A DNA stretch of 64,000 nucleotides from Marsupella aquatica (Eukaryota > Plantae > Marchantiophyta): contig OZ316891.1 of the NCBI GenBank assembly GCA_973895155.1, positions 6,233,708-6,297,707 of the forward strand. Reading direction: 5' to 3'. This document shows positions 10,381 through 21,041 of this stretch, in pieces. Each line of letters begins with the position of its first letter. Position 1 is the first letter of the stretch. A program made the position numbers and the translations under genes. Below the pieces are notes generated by a model. It searched no databases. It was not told where the DNA came from and saw nothing but the letters and a program-made list of their open reading frames with translations.

Positions 10381-13300
10381 ATGGCGTTTGCAATGCACGC
10401 AACCCTCGACTATATGTCGTTCGTGAAGAGTAGCTTAAATGACGAGCACAGACATGGTGAATTTTTGAAGGTCATCGAGGACGTCTCACACGATTTGAAG
10501 GCTCGGAGAATCGACAGAGACGGGGTGGGAGCGAGAGTGAGGCATGTGCTCAGAGGTTACCCGTTGCTCATTGATGGGTTCAACGTGTTTCTCCCCAAAG
10601 AGTACAAGATCTTTCTCAGTCCTGACGAGATACGAGTGAAGAAGAAGCAGCAGGCCCACTTCGACAATGCCATCGACTATCTCAACAAGGTGAAGACGCG
10701 GTTTCAGAGTGACGAGCATGTGTACTGGAAGTTTGTGTCCATCATGATTTGTTGGCGGAAGGGAACCATGTCAATCCAGGAAGTTCAGAAGGAGGTTATG
10801 CATCTCTTCAGTGAGCACTGTGATCTGGTCGACGAGTTCACCCGCGCGCTTTTTCATTTTGCCAGTCCAATATCCTCAATGGAGAAGACCGTCAGTGCGA
10901 TGGCTGCACCCGATGCTTCCGAATCACTGAATAGCTCGAGGGGAACGGGCATGTTTGAAGTGGAGGGGCAGTGGCAGACAGCAGGGGAGCAAGTAGCAAA
11001 TGCGGCGTCGCAGAGTATTAAGTGTGTTCGAGCTCCGGAAAGAATTAGAGACGAGACGAGTCAGGAAAGGATACCTGTTTCCGAGCTCGAGAAGGATCAG
11101 CAGAAGTCAAAAGATAAGGAGGAGAAAGATGCAGTGGATGAAGGCATGGAGAAGTATCCGGATGACCCGCTGATTGTGTGCTACAAGCGTAAGACTGCTC
11201 CCCGCTCTGCTCGGCGAGCCAACAAACTGATTCGACAGCAATCTCAGGCGGGGGAAGGTGGAGAAGCAATCGGGGGCCCATCGGGGTCTCCAGCAGACAA
11301 CATTCCTTCTTCCAAGCTCGCGAAGGATCAGCAGATCTCGAAAAATGAGAGCAGGAAGAGGGGCGGTGAGGTTGCTTGTAAAGGTGCAGTGGCTGACGGC
11401 AAGGAGAAGGATCCGGATGACTCGCAGTTTCTGCCCAACAAACGTAAGTCTGCTCTGCGACCCACCGAGCTGATTCGACAGCAGTCTCAGGTTGGCGAAG
11501 GTGGAGAAGTAAAGGAGGGCCCATCGGGGTCTCCAGCAGACAACATTCCTTCTTCCAAGCTCGAGAAGGATAAACAGAAGTCGAACGATGACCCGAACGA
11601 TGAGCTCGAGAGCAGGAAGAGAAGTGGTAAAGTTGTCTGTAAAGGTGCAGTGAATGACGGCAAGGAGAAGGATCCGGATGACTCGCAGATTTTGCGCTCC
11701 AAGCGTAAATCTGCTCTGCGACCGAACAAGCTGATTCGACAGCAATCTCAGTTTGGAAAGGGTAGAGAAGCAATGCAGGGCCCATCGGGGTCTCCAGCAG
11801 ACAACATTCCTTCTTCCAAGCTCGAGAAGGATCAGAAGAAGTCGAACGATGAGCTAGAGAGCAGGAAGAGGGGCGGTAAGGTTGTTTGGAAAGGTGCAGT
11901 GGATGACGGCAAGGAGAAGGATCCGGATGACTCGCAGTTTCTGCCCAACAAGCGTAAGTCTGCTCTGCTACCCACCGAGCTGATTCGACAGCGATCTCAG
12001 GTTGGCGAAGGTGGAGAAGTAAAGCAGGGCCCATCGGGATCTCCAGCAGACAACACTCCTTCCAAGCTCGAGAAGGATAAGCAGAAGTCGAACGATGATC
12101 TCGAGAGCAGGAAGAGAAGCGGTAAAGTTGTCTGTAAAGGTGCAGTGAATGATGGCAAGGAGAAGGATCCGGATGACTTGCAGATTTTGCGCTCCAAGCG
12201 TAAATCTGCTCTGCGACCTACCGAGCTGATTCGACAGCGATCTCAGGTTGGCAAAGGTGGAGAAGCAATGCAGGGCCCATCGGGGTCTCCAGCAGACAAC
12301 ATTCCTTCTTCCAAGCTCGAGAAGGATAAGAAGAAGTCGAACGATGAGCTAGACATCAGGAAGAGAGGCGGTAAGGTTGCTTGGAAAGGTGCAGTGGCTG
12401 ACGGCAAGGAGAAGGATCCGGATGACTCGCAGTTTCTGCCCAACAAGCGTAAGTCTGCTCTGCGACCCACCGAGCTGATTCGACAGCGATCTCAGGTTGG
12501 CGAAGGTGGAGAAGTAAAGCAGGGCCCATCGGGATCTCCAGCAGACAACATTCCTTCTTCCAAGCTCGAGAAGGATAAGCAGAAGTCGAACGATGAGCTC
12601 GAGAGCAGGAAGAGAAGTGGTAAGGTTATTGTTGAAGGTGCAGTGAATGACGGCAAGGAGAAGGATCCGGATGACTCGCACATTTTGCGCTACAAGCGCA
12701 GGTCTGCCCAGTGGGCCGACGAGCTGATTCAACAGCAATCTCAGGTGGGGGAAGGTGGAAAGGCAATGCAGGGCCCATTCGTGTCTCCCCTGCAGGAGAA
12801 TGACGACCAATTCTCGAAGAGTTCGCAGGAGCAGCAAGTTTTGTTCGACAAAGTGGAGGCTCTTGAAATTCCTAGCCTGAAGCCCTCATCACCTGTCAAC
12901 AAGGAGAACGATTCAAATGAGGGAATTGCGCAACTCTACCCTTTGAATGGGGAACGCTGTACGCCCAGCTACCGCCTCCTGCCCAAAAACAACCCAAAGG
13001 TATTTTCAACTCACCACTCAGAGCTAGCTTCTGGAGACCTCACCAACTGCTGCGTGTGTGTGGCACCTAAAAGTGATGACGATATTGTCAAGCGCAGGAA
13101 TAAAGATCATTCGAGGAAAGATGCGAGGAGTTTCCGATATGAAGATGCTCGGAATGAGCTCGATGCGCTAGTGGGACGGGCTGCCGATGCAGCTCAGAAA
13201 GTGAGAGACCTATTGGAATACATTAAGGATCCGAAATTCGAACAGCAGAAGCCTACATTTGTCTTAGAAGACCATTTCTCAGCTATCAATTTGATATGCA

Positions 13301-13527
13301 TCGAGCGCATCTATAAGGATCATGGGCTGGTGTTCAGTGACGAGTTACGCACAGGTCCATATACTGCTCTGCCTGTTGCACTTACTTTTTTGTGTCAGAA
13401 GCACGATGAATGGTTTCAGCGTCGGATCGATCTAGATGCAAAAAGTGTTGGCGGAGGTGTCCTCCGAATACGTAAGTCGCTCGATACTTCGACCCATCTC
13501 AATAGTAGGACAAGAAAAGCTTCGTAA
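10381..13527 (+). CDS. SIN3-like: Intronless, C-terminally truncated SIN3-like (SNL) paired amphipathic helix corepressor, 1048 aa
   Basis: PAH1 (LDYMSFVK...GYPLLIDGFNVFLPKEYKI), PAH2 (FDNAIDYLNKVKTRFQSDEHVY...LFSEHCDLVDEFT) and HDAC-interacting region (ERCTPSYRLLPK, FRYEDARNELD, CIERIYKDHGL, KSLD). No Sin3 C-terminal domain. Confidence 0.9.
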   Translation: MAFAMHATLDYMSFVKSSLNDEHRHGEFLKVIEDVSHDLKARRIDRDGVGARVRHVLRGYPLLIDGFNVFLPKEYKIFLSPDEIRVKKKQQAHFDNAIDYLNKVKTRFQSDEHVYWKFVSIMICWRKGTMSIQEVQKEVMHLFSEHCDLVDEFTRALFHFASPISSMEKTVSAMAAPDASESLNSSRGTGMFEVEGQWQTAGEQVANAASQSIKCVRAPERIRDETSQERIPVSELEKDQQKSKDKEEKDAVDEGMEKYPDDPLIVCYKRKTAPRSARRANKLIRQQSQAGEGGEAIGGPSGSPADNIPSSKLAKDQQISKNESRKRGGEVACKGAVADGKEKDPDDSQFLPNKRKSALRPTELIRQQSQVGEGGEVKEGPSGSPADNIPSSKLEKDKQKSNDDPNDELESRKRSGKVVCKGAVNDGKEKDPDDSQILRSKRKSALRPNKLIRQQSQFGKGREAMQGPSGSPADNIPSSKLEKDQKKSNDELESRKRGGKVVWKGAVDDGKEKDPDDSQFLPNKRKSALLPTELIRQRSQVGEGGEVKQGPSGSPADNTPSKLEKDKQKSNDDLESRKRSGKVVCKGAVNDGKEKDPDDLQILRSKRKSALRPTELIRQRSQVGKGGEAMQGPSGSPADNIPSSKLEKDKKKSNDELDIRKRGGKVAWKGAVADGKEKDPDDSQFLPNKRKSALRPTELIRQRSQVGEGGEVKQGPSGSPADNIPSSKLEKDKQKSNDELESRKRSGKVIVEGAVNDGKEKDPDDSHILRYKRRSAQWADELIQQQSQVGEGGKAMQGPFVSPLQENDDQFSKSSQEQQVLFDKVEALEIPSLKPSSPVNKENDSNEGIAQLYPLNGERCTPSYRLLPKNNPKVFSTHHSELASGDLTNCCVCVAPKSDDDIVKRRNKDHSRKDARSFRYEDARNELDALVGRAADAAQKVRDLLEYIKDPKFEQQKPTFVLEDHFSAINLICIERIYKDHGLVFSDELRTGPYTALPVALTFLCQKHDEWFQRRIDLDAKSVGGGVLRIRKSLDTSTHLNSRTRKAS
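11070..12790 (+). repeat. In-frame coding tandem repeat, 7 units of ~249 bp (83 aa), alternating A/B types
   Basis: The LIRQ/LIQQ motif recurs at about 11227, 11470, 11731, 11980, 12226, 12475 and 12724. Unit: GPSGSPADNIPSSKLEKD...KGAVxDGKEKDPDD...KRKSALRP. Confidence 0.97.
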
Positions 13528-16500
13528 AAGGCGAAAACTTTAGATGTGGATTTCGAAGCCCACGTTAGAAGTCATGCACGATATTTTGTTCCTTATCAGG
13601 AGGCTGAGACCCTTGAATGTATCTCGAAGTCGATGGAGATGGGACTTTCATTGTTATCGTTAGGAGGGGCTACCAACGTTCAGAGTTGACACCTGGAGAC
13701 AGCTAGCTCACTGCATTGCGCACCTAAAGCAATGGTGGCTAACTGATAGGACGTGGAGCCGTGGAGAGTGGTAAAACAAAGGAGGATGTTCATCCGACTT
13801 CACCACTAGGGACTCAAAGAGAACGCTTTGATCTATCAGTCAGAATATCACATAGATGCCAAATTTTCTAGATTCCTGTCAGGGAAAATTTGTGATCCCT
13901 GACAGAATGGATCAGGTCCGATTTTAGTCCTTCATTTTTGATTGGGAGGTTTTTGATTGAAGGCAAGGTAGTTGACGTTGGCGCTGACCAGCCTGAAAGT
14001 TTTTGATGGGAATGAATAAAAGACCGAGTCCGTTCAGAATTCTGGGATGTAGATCATATCGCTTGCTGTAGCAAGCGAAGAAGAATATCCTTCTAACTTA
14101 CGTCCTGGTGAATGCAGTCGAACTTTTATGTATCTAAAATAAGAACCTACCGTAGCACTGTGAATGGCACTTTAATATTGGAAACTCTGAGTCTGCACTA
14201 GAATTTGTACGTACTTAACCTGGCACCTCTGAGCCTGCGATAGGCTGGGCCACAAATGCCACTACACCAGTCCCATCGGTGCCATGGCTGAAAATCTTGA
14301 TGCAAAAGCTTACCTTTAATTCAGAGTTGAGGGTGTATTGCATCAAGCTGATCAGATAGACTTTTGAAATTTGAAAGGAAAGCTACGCTAGAATTTGAAA
14401 GAAATAATTGTTTTCGATTAGAGTGATAGATCAATGTTAGTTTGACTAGTGATCCAAGACAGGCTAATTGAAAAATAAGCTAGACTTTCAGATCGAGTGG
14501 ATGATCGAAGTTCTGCTTTTTAAATTTGCTATATACTGCTATTGAAGACTTGTTAGTGCGGCCAAGTGGTAAGAGAATCAGTTAGTAGCAAAACCGTGAT
14601 GAAAAGCAGACGTATATATATATATAATTGCTTCTGCTTTGATTGACGTCAATCGGTCAGAATCTGTCCGCTTCTCTAAATCTGATCATCATCGTCCAGT
14701 TTGGACCAGTGATACGCACAAGTGTATTTAGTGGGCAGTTTAAGTCTTAGACGTTTACTACGGTACTAGCTGTTTTCGATGACAGTTGTTGTGAGAGTGC
14801 CGCGGGTACGTGCCTCCCCATTTTCAATTCAATGCTCACCATGCACGCCACCCTCAATTCTCAACGGGTTCGCAGCGCATCGGGTAGTAGAGTGCTCGAC
14901 TTTGGGCAGTGAACCCGCAAGCAGAAATCATCATATCATTATATGTAGCTGAATCAATTTGTGCACAAGCCACATCTCGTGCTCGTTTGTGCTTAGCTCG
15001 CATTATTGACGATTGTGAGCAGCGGGGTGAGCAGTAGCGCAGCTTTTGAACAAAGATTACGCTATCGATGTATAGTCTAGCTCCAGTACGTCGAATCCCC
15101 AGTAAGAATAGACTGCAAGGAAGCGAAAACTTCCTCGAATTACAGTATGACGATGATGAGGCTGCTTCTGTTCGAGAGTACAGAGATAGTGGACTGTCGT
15201 AACTCTATCACTTTGTAGGCGCGAAGAACTCTACGAGATCGACGCCGAGTGTGTGGGCCCATCATGAATTTCCCGGTACGCAGTATGGTCTATCCGTACA
15301 TTTTTGAACAGTCTAGCTCGAAGTTCCTGTTGGCATTCCTATTGGCATTGTCAGTGTTGTTCTGTATTTGTGAAGAAACAAATCTCCTTTGAAGAAATAA
15401 ATTTCCTTTGAAGAAACAGTTAAATAAAGCAGACCCACATTTTGAGGGGTACATTCACTGCAGGGAACTCGCCCAACGTACAGGTCCTGCATGTGGCCGG
15501 TGACAAATTCAAGACGCTGTCATGCTGACTTACGGTTGAAGGACCTAAAATAATGTCTGCCGAATGATTACGGCTGCGTCAATCTATCATTAACAGCTAC
15601 TGCACCCATAGTTTCTCATGTCATGCTTCTCTTCGTATGTATTCGGCTGTTCTGTCTTCTTCAAAACTGCAATATTAGTTTTAGTTTTGTATGATAACAA
15701 TCAGTCTTCGAAGCTCTCGAATCCAGCTCTCTGCCAGCTTTTCTTTGTTCCCGAGTTCTAATCTGAACATCAAGCAAGCGTCGAAGAATTGATATTCACT
15801 CCTTCCAGTAGATGCAGCGAAATATTTAGCGAGAAATGTAGCTCAGGGCACTCGAGCCCCTCAAAACACTAATCTGTGTACTACACTGATAGCAAGAGAG
15901 CCGATTCATTGAATTTGCACAATGCATAGACTCTCGAAAATCATACTCCGTGTTGATTTAATTGCTCGAGCCGGGTTGGGAAGAGCAACCGAAGATGTTA
16001 TTGGGCTAGCTACTAGCCCCAAGTGTGTGTTCTGGCCTGAATGCACTTAGCTTTCTCGAGATAGCACCAAGCAACATTTGGACTGCTACTTTCATATGCT
16101 CACAATCTGATCTAGAGAGCGATCGGCCCTGCTTCCTGTTGCCACAACTGTAGAGATGTGGAAGAGGGGGGATGTTGTGGCAGAGCGGGAAACCAGCAAC
16201 GCCAAATGAATTTGCGCAATCATTGCGAGATTCCTCGAGCCACTCCTAAATGCGACTCAATCACTCTGGCTGTAGATAGTCAATTCCATCCTTGTCCATC
16301 CCTGTCCCTCTGGATGCTCCTTTTATAGTCACTGTTCATCTCCTCCTTTGCTTACTAACAAAAAGACGGTCAATGCCACATATTATCCACGTTCGTTCCA
16401 CCCTCCTGCTATAGTCATTGTTCATCTCTTCCTTGGCTGATCGACCCGTCCTTCCTTCCCCTCCTATATCTTACTGATAATTCGCAATGGAAACCTACTT

Positions 16501-17511
16501 TGAAAGCCTATTGTCTAGAGTGAAGCATCTAGACAGTAACTTCTAATTAATTTGAGCATAATTGAAGGTGAGGGTGAAGTTAGAAACGAGGGAGGGAGAG
16601 ATGAACCTGAAATAAACACTCTAACTGGAGGCATAATTGTGCAGACAAAAAGCAAAGACGGGGGAGAGATGAGAAAGACATCATGACCATTATTTTTTTC
16701 AAGGTACTTTTTGGTCCTCACTTCTATTTCCGCTCAAGGAACACGTAGTCAGGCTAGTAAGTTAATCATACCCACAGGCGTTAGAGGCTCATGGCGACTA
16801 AAATCTAATTACAAGTGTGCCAACTTTTAAATGCTACGTACTTTAATTTGAAAGTAAACTCGCACAGCATTGTTGCTCTCAGTAATGCACACTAAAAGCT
16901 GACTACTTCCGTGGCTAATCTAATCTGAAGGCAAGTATGAACATTGCAATTGATTCTCCTGCTTCGGCATCGTTGAGTCTATAGAAGTTTTTACCAGCCC
17001 AATTGTGGGCCAGAGCCTAACCATCATACCATCTAGTCGAACCTTACATCAATGTATAGTTCTCCAAAATGATCTTAATTTCCAGTACGCACGAGCCTTC
17101 AGGCGGACATCCCAATCATGTAGTTCACAGGTACATCAAGCCAATTCCTGCACAAAATATCTTTATATTGGAGTCCAAAATCACTGCAATAGTCATGCAA
17201 ATAACAGGAAATATCGGTTAATGGCAGTCACTTGATGAATACTCTCACAGACGCGTGCATCGTCAGTTCGACGTGTAGCGTCGTTATTAGGCAGTTGCCC
17301 CTCCGGAATTACAGCACTTCTTCCGACACCTCCACCTCGCAGGGTATGGGTTGAGGGTACTTTAAGCAGGACGTGGATGAATTTTACTCATTATTTCAGA
17401 CTCCCTACAGCAGAACAATGAGACAGCAGGGTGGGTTGTTGTCTGATTAATTTGGTAGCGATACAAGTCGTGATTTACGAACGTTTCGAAATAATCGTTC
17501 CATTCAAAACT

Positions 17512-20064
17512 ATGGAAGACTCCTGTGCTGTGTGTGCCGAGCCTTTGGAGTGGATCAGCTACGGGCCTTGCGGTCACCGTGAAGTGTGCTTTACATGCAT
17601 TGCACGGCTGCGCTTTGTCCTCAAGGACAAAAGCTGTTGCATTTGCAAGCGACATTGTCCAACGGTGTTTATTACGAAGGCTCTAGGTGCCTACACAAGG
17701 GTTGTGACAGATTGGGAATCGTTGCTGAATGACGGTAACCGCTCCGGGCAGAGGAATTTCTGGTATGACAGTGTTTTGGAAGCATACTTTGATGATGAGG
17801 GTCCCTTCAAGATCATCAAAGCAATGTGTACTCTATATTGTAGCATCTGTGAAAGGGCTGCTGAAGGAGAACGAGAATCAGTGGCCAACGGCATGATGCA
17901 AAAAGGCCACAAGTTTAAGAACATCGACAGCTTACGGCACCATCAGTCTACCGTGCACAAGGTATTCATGTGCCAATTGTGCTTAGAAGGCAGAAAGGTG
18001 TTCACAAGTGAACAGAAGTTATATTCCAAGACCCAACTGTATCTGCATTCTCGAAGGGGTGATTCAGAGGTTGACCATGACAATGAAGAGGAACAAGGGC
18101 AATTTTCGGGACATCCTATTTGTCATTTCTGCCGAAAGCCATTCTATGGCGACAATGAACTCTACCAGCACATGTCACGAGCTCATTACACCTGCCACAT
18201 TTGTCAAAGAGTCAGGCCAGGCCACTACGAATATTTTGCGAACTATGATAATCTAGAGGCCCACTTCCGACAAAGGCATTTGCTTTGTGATAATCACGAG
18301 TGTCTCGCCAAGAAGTTTGTTGTCTTTCCCAGCGAATCAGAGCTGAAGAGGCACAACGCCACGACACATGGTAAAACTATGTCACGTTCACAGAAAAATG
18401 CTGCGTTGCAATTACCGGTAAGTTTTCAGTACCGTCCACCTGGACAAGAGTGCCGACGAGTTGGCAGATATCAAGATGGTCGTCTTTACCCATTGACTGC
18501 GAGACATGACCGGTCTCTCGTTTTGCCTGTTAGTGGGGGGTCAGAAAATCTTGAAAATGCTGTTCCAAGTGCTGCTTCAGAATCGTGCGTCTTATCTCCC
18601 AGCTGCAGTAATGAGCCATCCGCAACGATGGACAGTCAAGGAATCACATCTCAGATTCGAGGTTCTGCTGACATTGAGCCTCGATATATCGCTGCTGTGG
18701 TGGGTTCGAGACCCTCGGCTCTTGGCGATTCAGCCTTCCCACCTCTACCAGGAAGTTCCAATTGTGCTCAACACCGAGTGACGCTGGCAACTCATGGCCC
18801 AGCCTCAATGGCAACTCTGATTGGTGGGATAGGATCAATGGGAGGTGCACGAGCAGGAATACAGGCCTTGAATGCGGTTGACGCCCCAGCAGGTTTTCAG
18901 ACTTCCCAAGCTCATAATAGTTTCCGACCCACTACTGGGAATGACAGCATTGGACTAGCCCATTCCAAGGTTGCTGTTAATAGCACACAGCCCTCGCCAG
19001 TTGCCATTCAAAGGGCAAATAACTATGGAAGAGCTTTAAACATCACAAATGGAATATTAGACAGGGAAATGGACGCTGATGCCAACCAACAAAGCAGCAA
19101 ACTTCTGCACTTAAGTGTTGAAGAGATTCGTACAGGGAATAAAGCTTTGGTACAGCGCATCCGTGCAGGGTTTGAAGGCAATGAGCAGAAGTTTGAAGAC
19201 TTTAAGGTTATATCTTCTCTTTACCGAAAAGGAGGATTAAGTTCGAAAGAGTACTATTTCCATATTGCATGCCTTGGCCTTTCGTATGTTGTTCCGGACC
19301 TGGCCAAACTCTGTCCTGACTCAAGCAAGGGGAAAGAGTTGATGGAATTACATAATGCTGGACTGCAGCTTACCAAGCATGGTGTTGACCCTACACGTGC
19401 ACTTGCTTGTCCGGCCGGGTCATTTTCAAGCTCTTCCTCAATTGCTGCTGCTCCAACGGTCAACGGCTCTAGTTCTTACTCGGGAATAAGTGCCTCTAGA
19501 GCACCAGCTACTGATGCTCGAGTTGAAGTCTTGTTCACTGATGGGTATCGTAATATGGCAGATTCCTGGAGTAGTCCCCCAAGTATTTCATGCACGATTG
19601 GTGTTGACGCCATGCGGAGCTCAGAGCGACAAATGTTAAATGAGCATGCGGCGGCGAGAGACCATACACCACCGCTGAGCGCCACTCCTCCTCTCCTTCC
19701 AAACTCTTCTCATACTCCTGTCTCTGAGAAGCCCTCGGCAGTGCTCGATGGAGGTTGGGTTTGTGGATCTTGTAGATCAGTGAACACTGAAGATTTTCGT
19801 CTGTGTGCTGTTTGTGGGGCTACTAAGCATAGTCAAGAGGCAAAAGGTGGAGTGTCCAGTTCTTTGGTTGGAAATGAGAGGACGAAGAAAAAGGCTGCTA
19901 AATTTGAAAGAGTTCGGCTGGGTGCAGGTTCAGCCTCATCTTCGTTAGATTCCACTGCATCTCCCGTAGTTCCGGCTGACGTGGACAATGGAAATAAGAA
20001 CTCGAGCAAATCACGATGTCGTGGGGTTTGGAAAAATGGTGGAGGCCAGAGGCTGTTTCAATAG
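17512..20064 (+). CDS. HEL2: Intronless RING/C2H2 E3 ubiquitin ligase HEL2/ZNF598 (ribosome quality control), ~850 aa
   Basis: ATG at 17512 gives MEDSCAVCAEPLEWISYGPCGHREVCFTCIARLRFVL..CCICK (RING). Also C2H2 fingers (GHPICHFCRKPFYGDNELYQHM, HYTCHIC), ECLAKKFVVF, a RanBP2-type finger WVCGSCRSVN...CAVCG, and the conserved tail GVWKNGGGQRLF. Confidence 0.93.
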   Translation: MEDSCAVCAEPLEWISYGPCGHREVCFTCIARLRFVLKDKSCCICKRHCPTVFITKALGAYTRVVTDWESLLNDGNRSGQRNFWYDSVLEAYFDDEGPFKIIKAMCTLYCSICERAAEGERESVANGMMQKGHKFKNIDSLRHHQSTVHKVFMCQLCLEGRKVFTSEQKLYSKTQLYLHSRRGDSEVDHDNEEEQGQFSGHPICHFCRKPFYGDNELYQHMSRAHYTCHICQRVRPGHYEYFANYDNLEAHFRQRHLLCDNHECLAKKFVVFPSESELKRHNATTHGKTMSRSQKNAALQLPVSFQYRPPGQECRRVGRYQDGRLYPLTARHDRSLVLPVSGGSENLENAVPSAASESCVLSPSCSNEPSATMDSQGITSQIRGSADIEPRYIAAVVGSRPSALGDSAFPPLPGSSNCAQHRVTLATHGPASMATLIGGIGSMGGARAGIQALNAVDAPAGFQTSQAHNSFRPTTGNDSIGLAHSKVAVNSTQPSPVAIQRANNYGRALNITNGILDREMDADANQQSSKLLHLSVEEIRTGNKALVQRIRAGFEGNEQKFEDFKVISSLYRKGGLSSKEYYFHIACLGLSYVVPDLAKLCPDSSKGKELMELHNAGLQLTKHGVDPTRALACPAGSFSSSSSIAAAPTVNGSSSYSGISASRAPATDARVEVLFTDGYRNMADSWSSPPSISCTIGVDAMRSSERQMLNEHAAARDHTPPLSATPPLLPNSSHTPVSEKPSAVLDGGWVCGSCRSVNTEDFRLCAVCGATKHSQEAKGGVSSSLVGNERTKKKAAKFERVRLGAGSASSSLDSTASPVVPADVDNGNKNSSKSRCRGVWKNGGGQRLFQ

Positions 20065-21041
20065 CCAAATTTAAGGACTGTTATGTATCGATGAGGCATG
20101 AAATCAAGGCCCGGTCAAGCTAGACTACATGATAGCATTTGTGGGTCGCAACAATTCCAAAGCTGTAATCATACACTTCAGGCATACAGGTTGTGCTTTC
20201 CTGTACGTTGAGCACTCATGTTTCAACAAGCTAATGAGTTACTGAAACTAGAATTCAAAATTTGAGCGCTGCACCATTGTTCTCTGCGTCAGGCATTATC
20301 GTTGATAAAGCTCTTAGTATTATAATTCAGGTTCTTAGCATTACAATTCAACTATTGAAGGACGAGATATGATTCATTTTACTTTCCTTGGGAGTGCTTT
20401 ATGATTTAGGGAGACTCCGAAGGAAAGTTGCTCTCCCTCCGCTAACTGTAATGAATTGTGTGCTGGAGCACATCTTCGCTCTTTAAATCCAAGCCAATGC
20501 GCAGTAAGATTTGAGCTTGAGTTTTGCTTTCAACTGAATCATGGCGTTCCCACATCGGCTCATCGTAATTGATGAAGGTTCACACTGCAAAAACAGTTCT
20601 GGAGTTGACGATGAGCCAGCGTAAAGGTAATCAACTAGAATCAGGAGACCAATGTAAGGTGAGGACAAATACTGCAATTTCTCTATTACATAGCAACAAA
20701 TTCAAGAACGATGGTCGGGGAAACAGTTAATGTAATAAGACTACACTCTGCAGTACTTTACAAAATCAGGGTCCATTCTTGACCACTCCTGCCTCTACAA
20801 GACGACATGAGCGGGTCCATTTCCATCGAATGGGTGGGCAGACTTAACTACCTCCCTCCCGCCTCCGGCCTGACAGAAGAGGCAACAATAACTGACGCTA
20901 GCTACGAGAATCAATTCTCAATCGCTCGATCGCATGGCAAAACTAAACGACCCACTGTTGGTAAGAGACGGAAGATCGACGATGCCCAGTTCCCAAAACG
21001 CATCGTTACTCACCAACTTTAATGATATTCGAACCCTTCAC

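Noticed and set aside
11045-12837. Long antisense ORFs (329, 212 and 162 aa) over the SIN3 repeat
   Set aside because: Shadows of the repetitive, stop-poor sense CDS.
17431-17511. N-terminal extension of HEL2 in the ORF track
   Set aside because: It starts at GTG; the family-typical start MEDSCAVC is the ATG at 17512.
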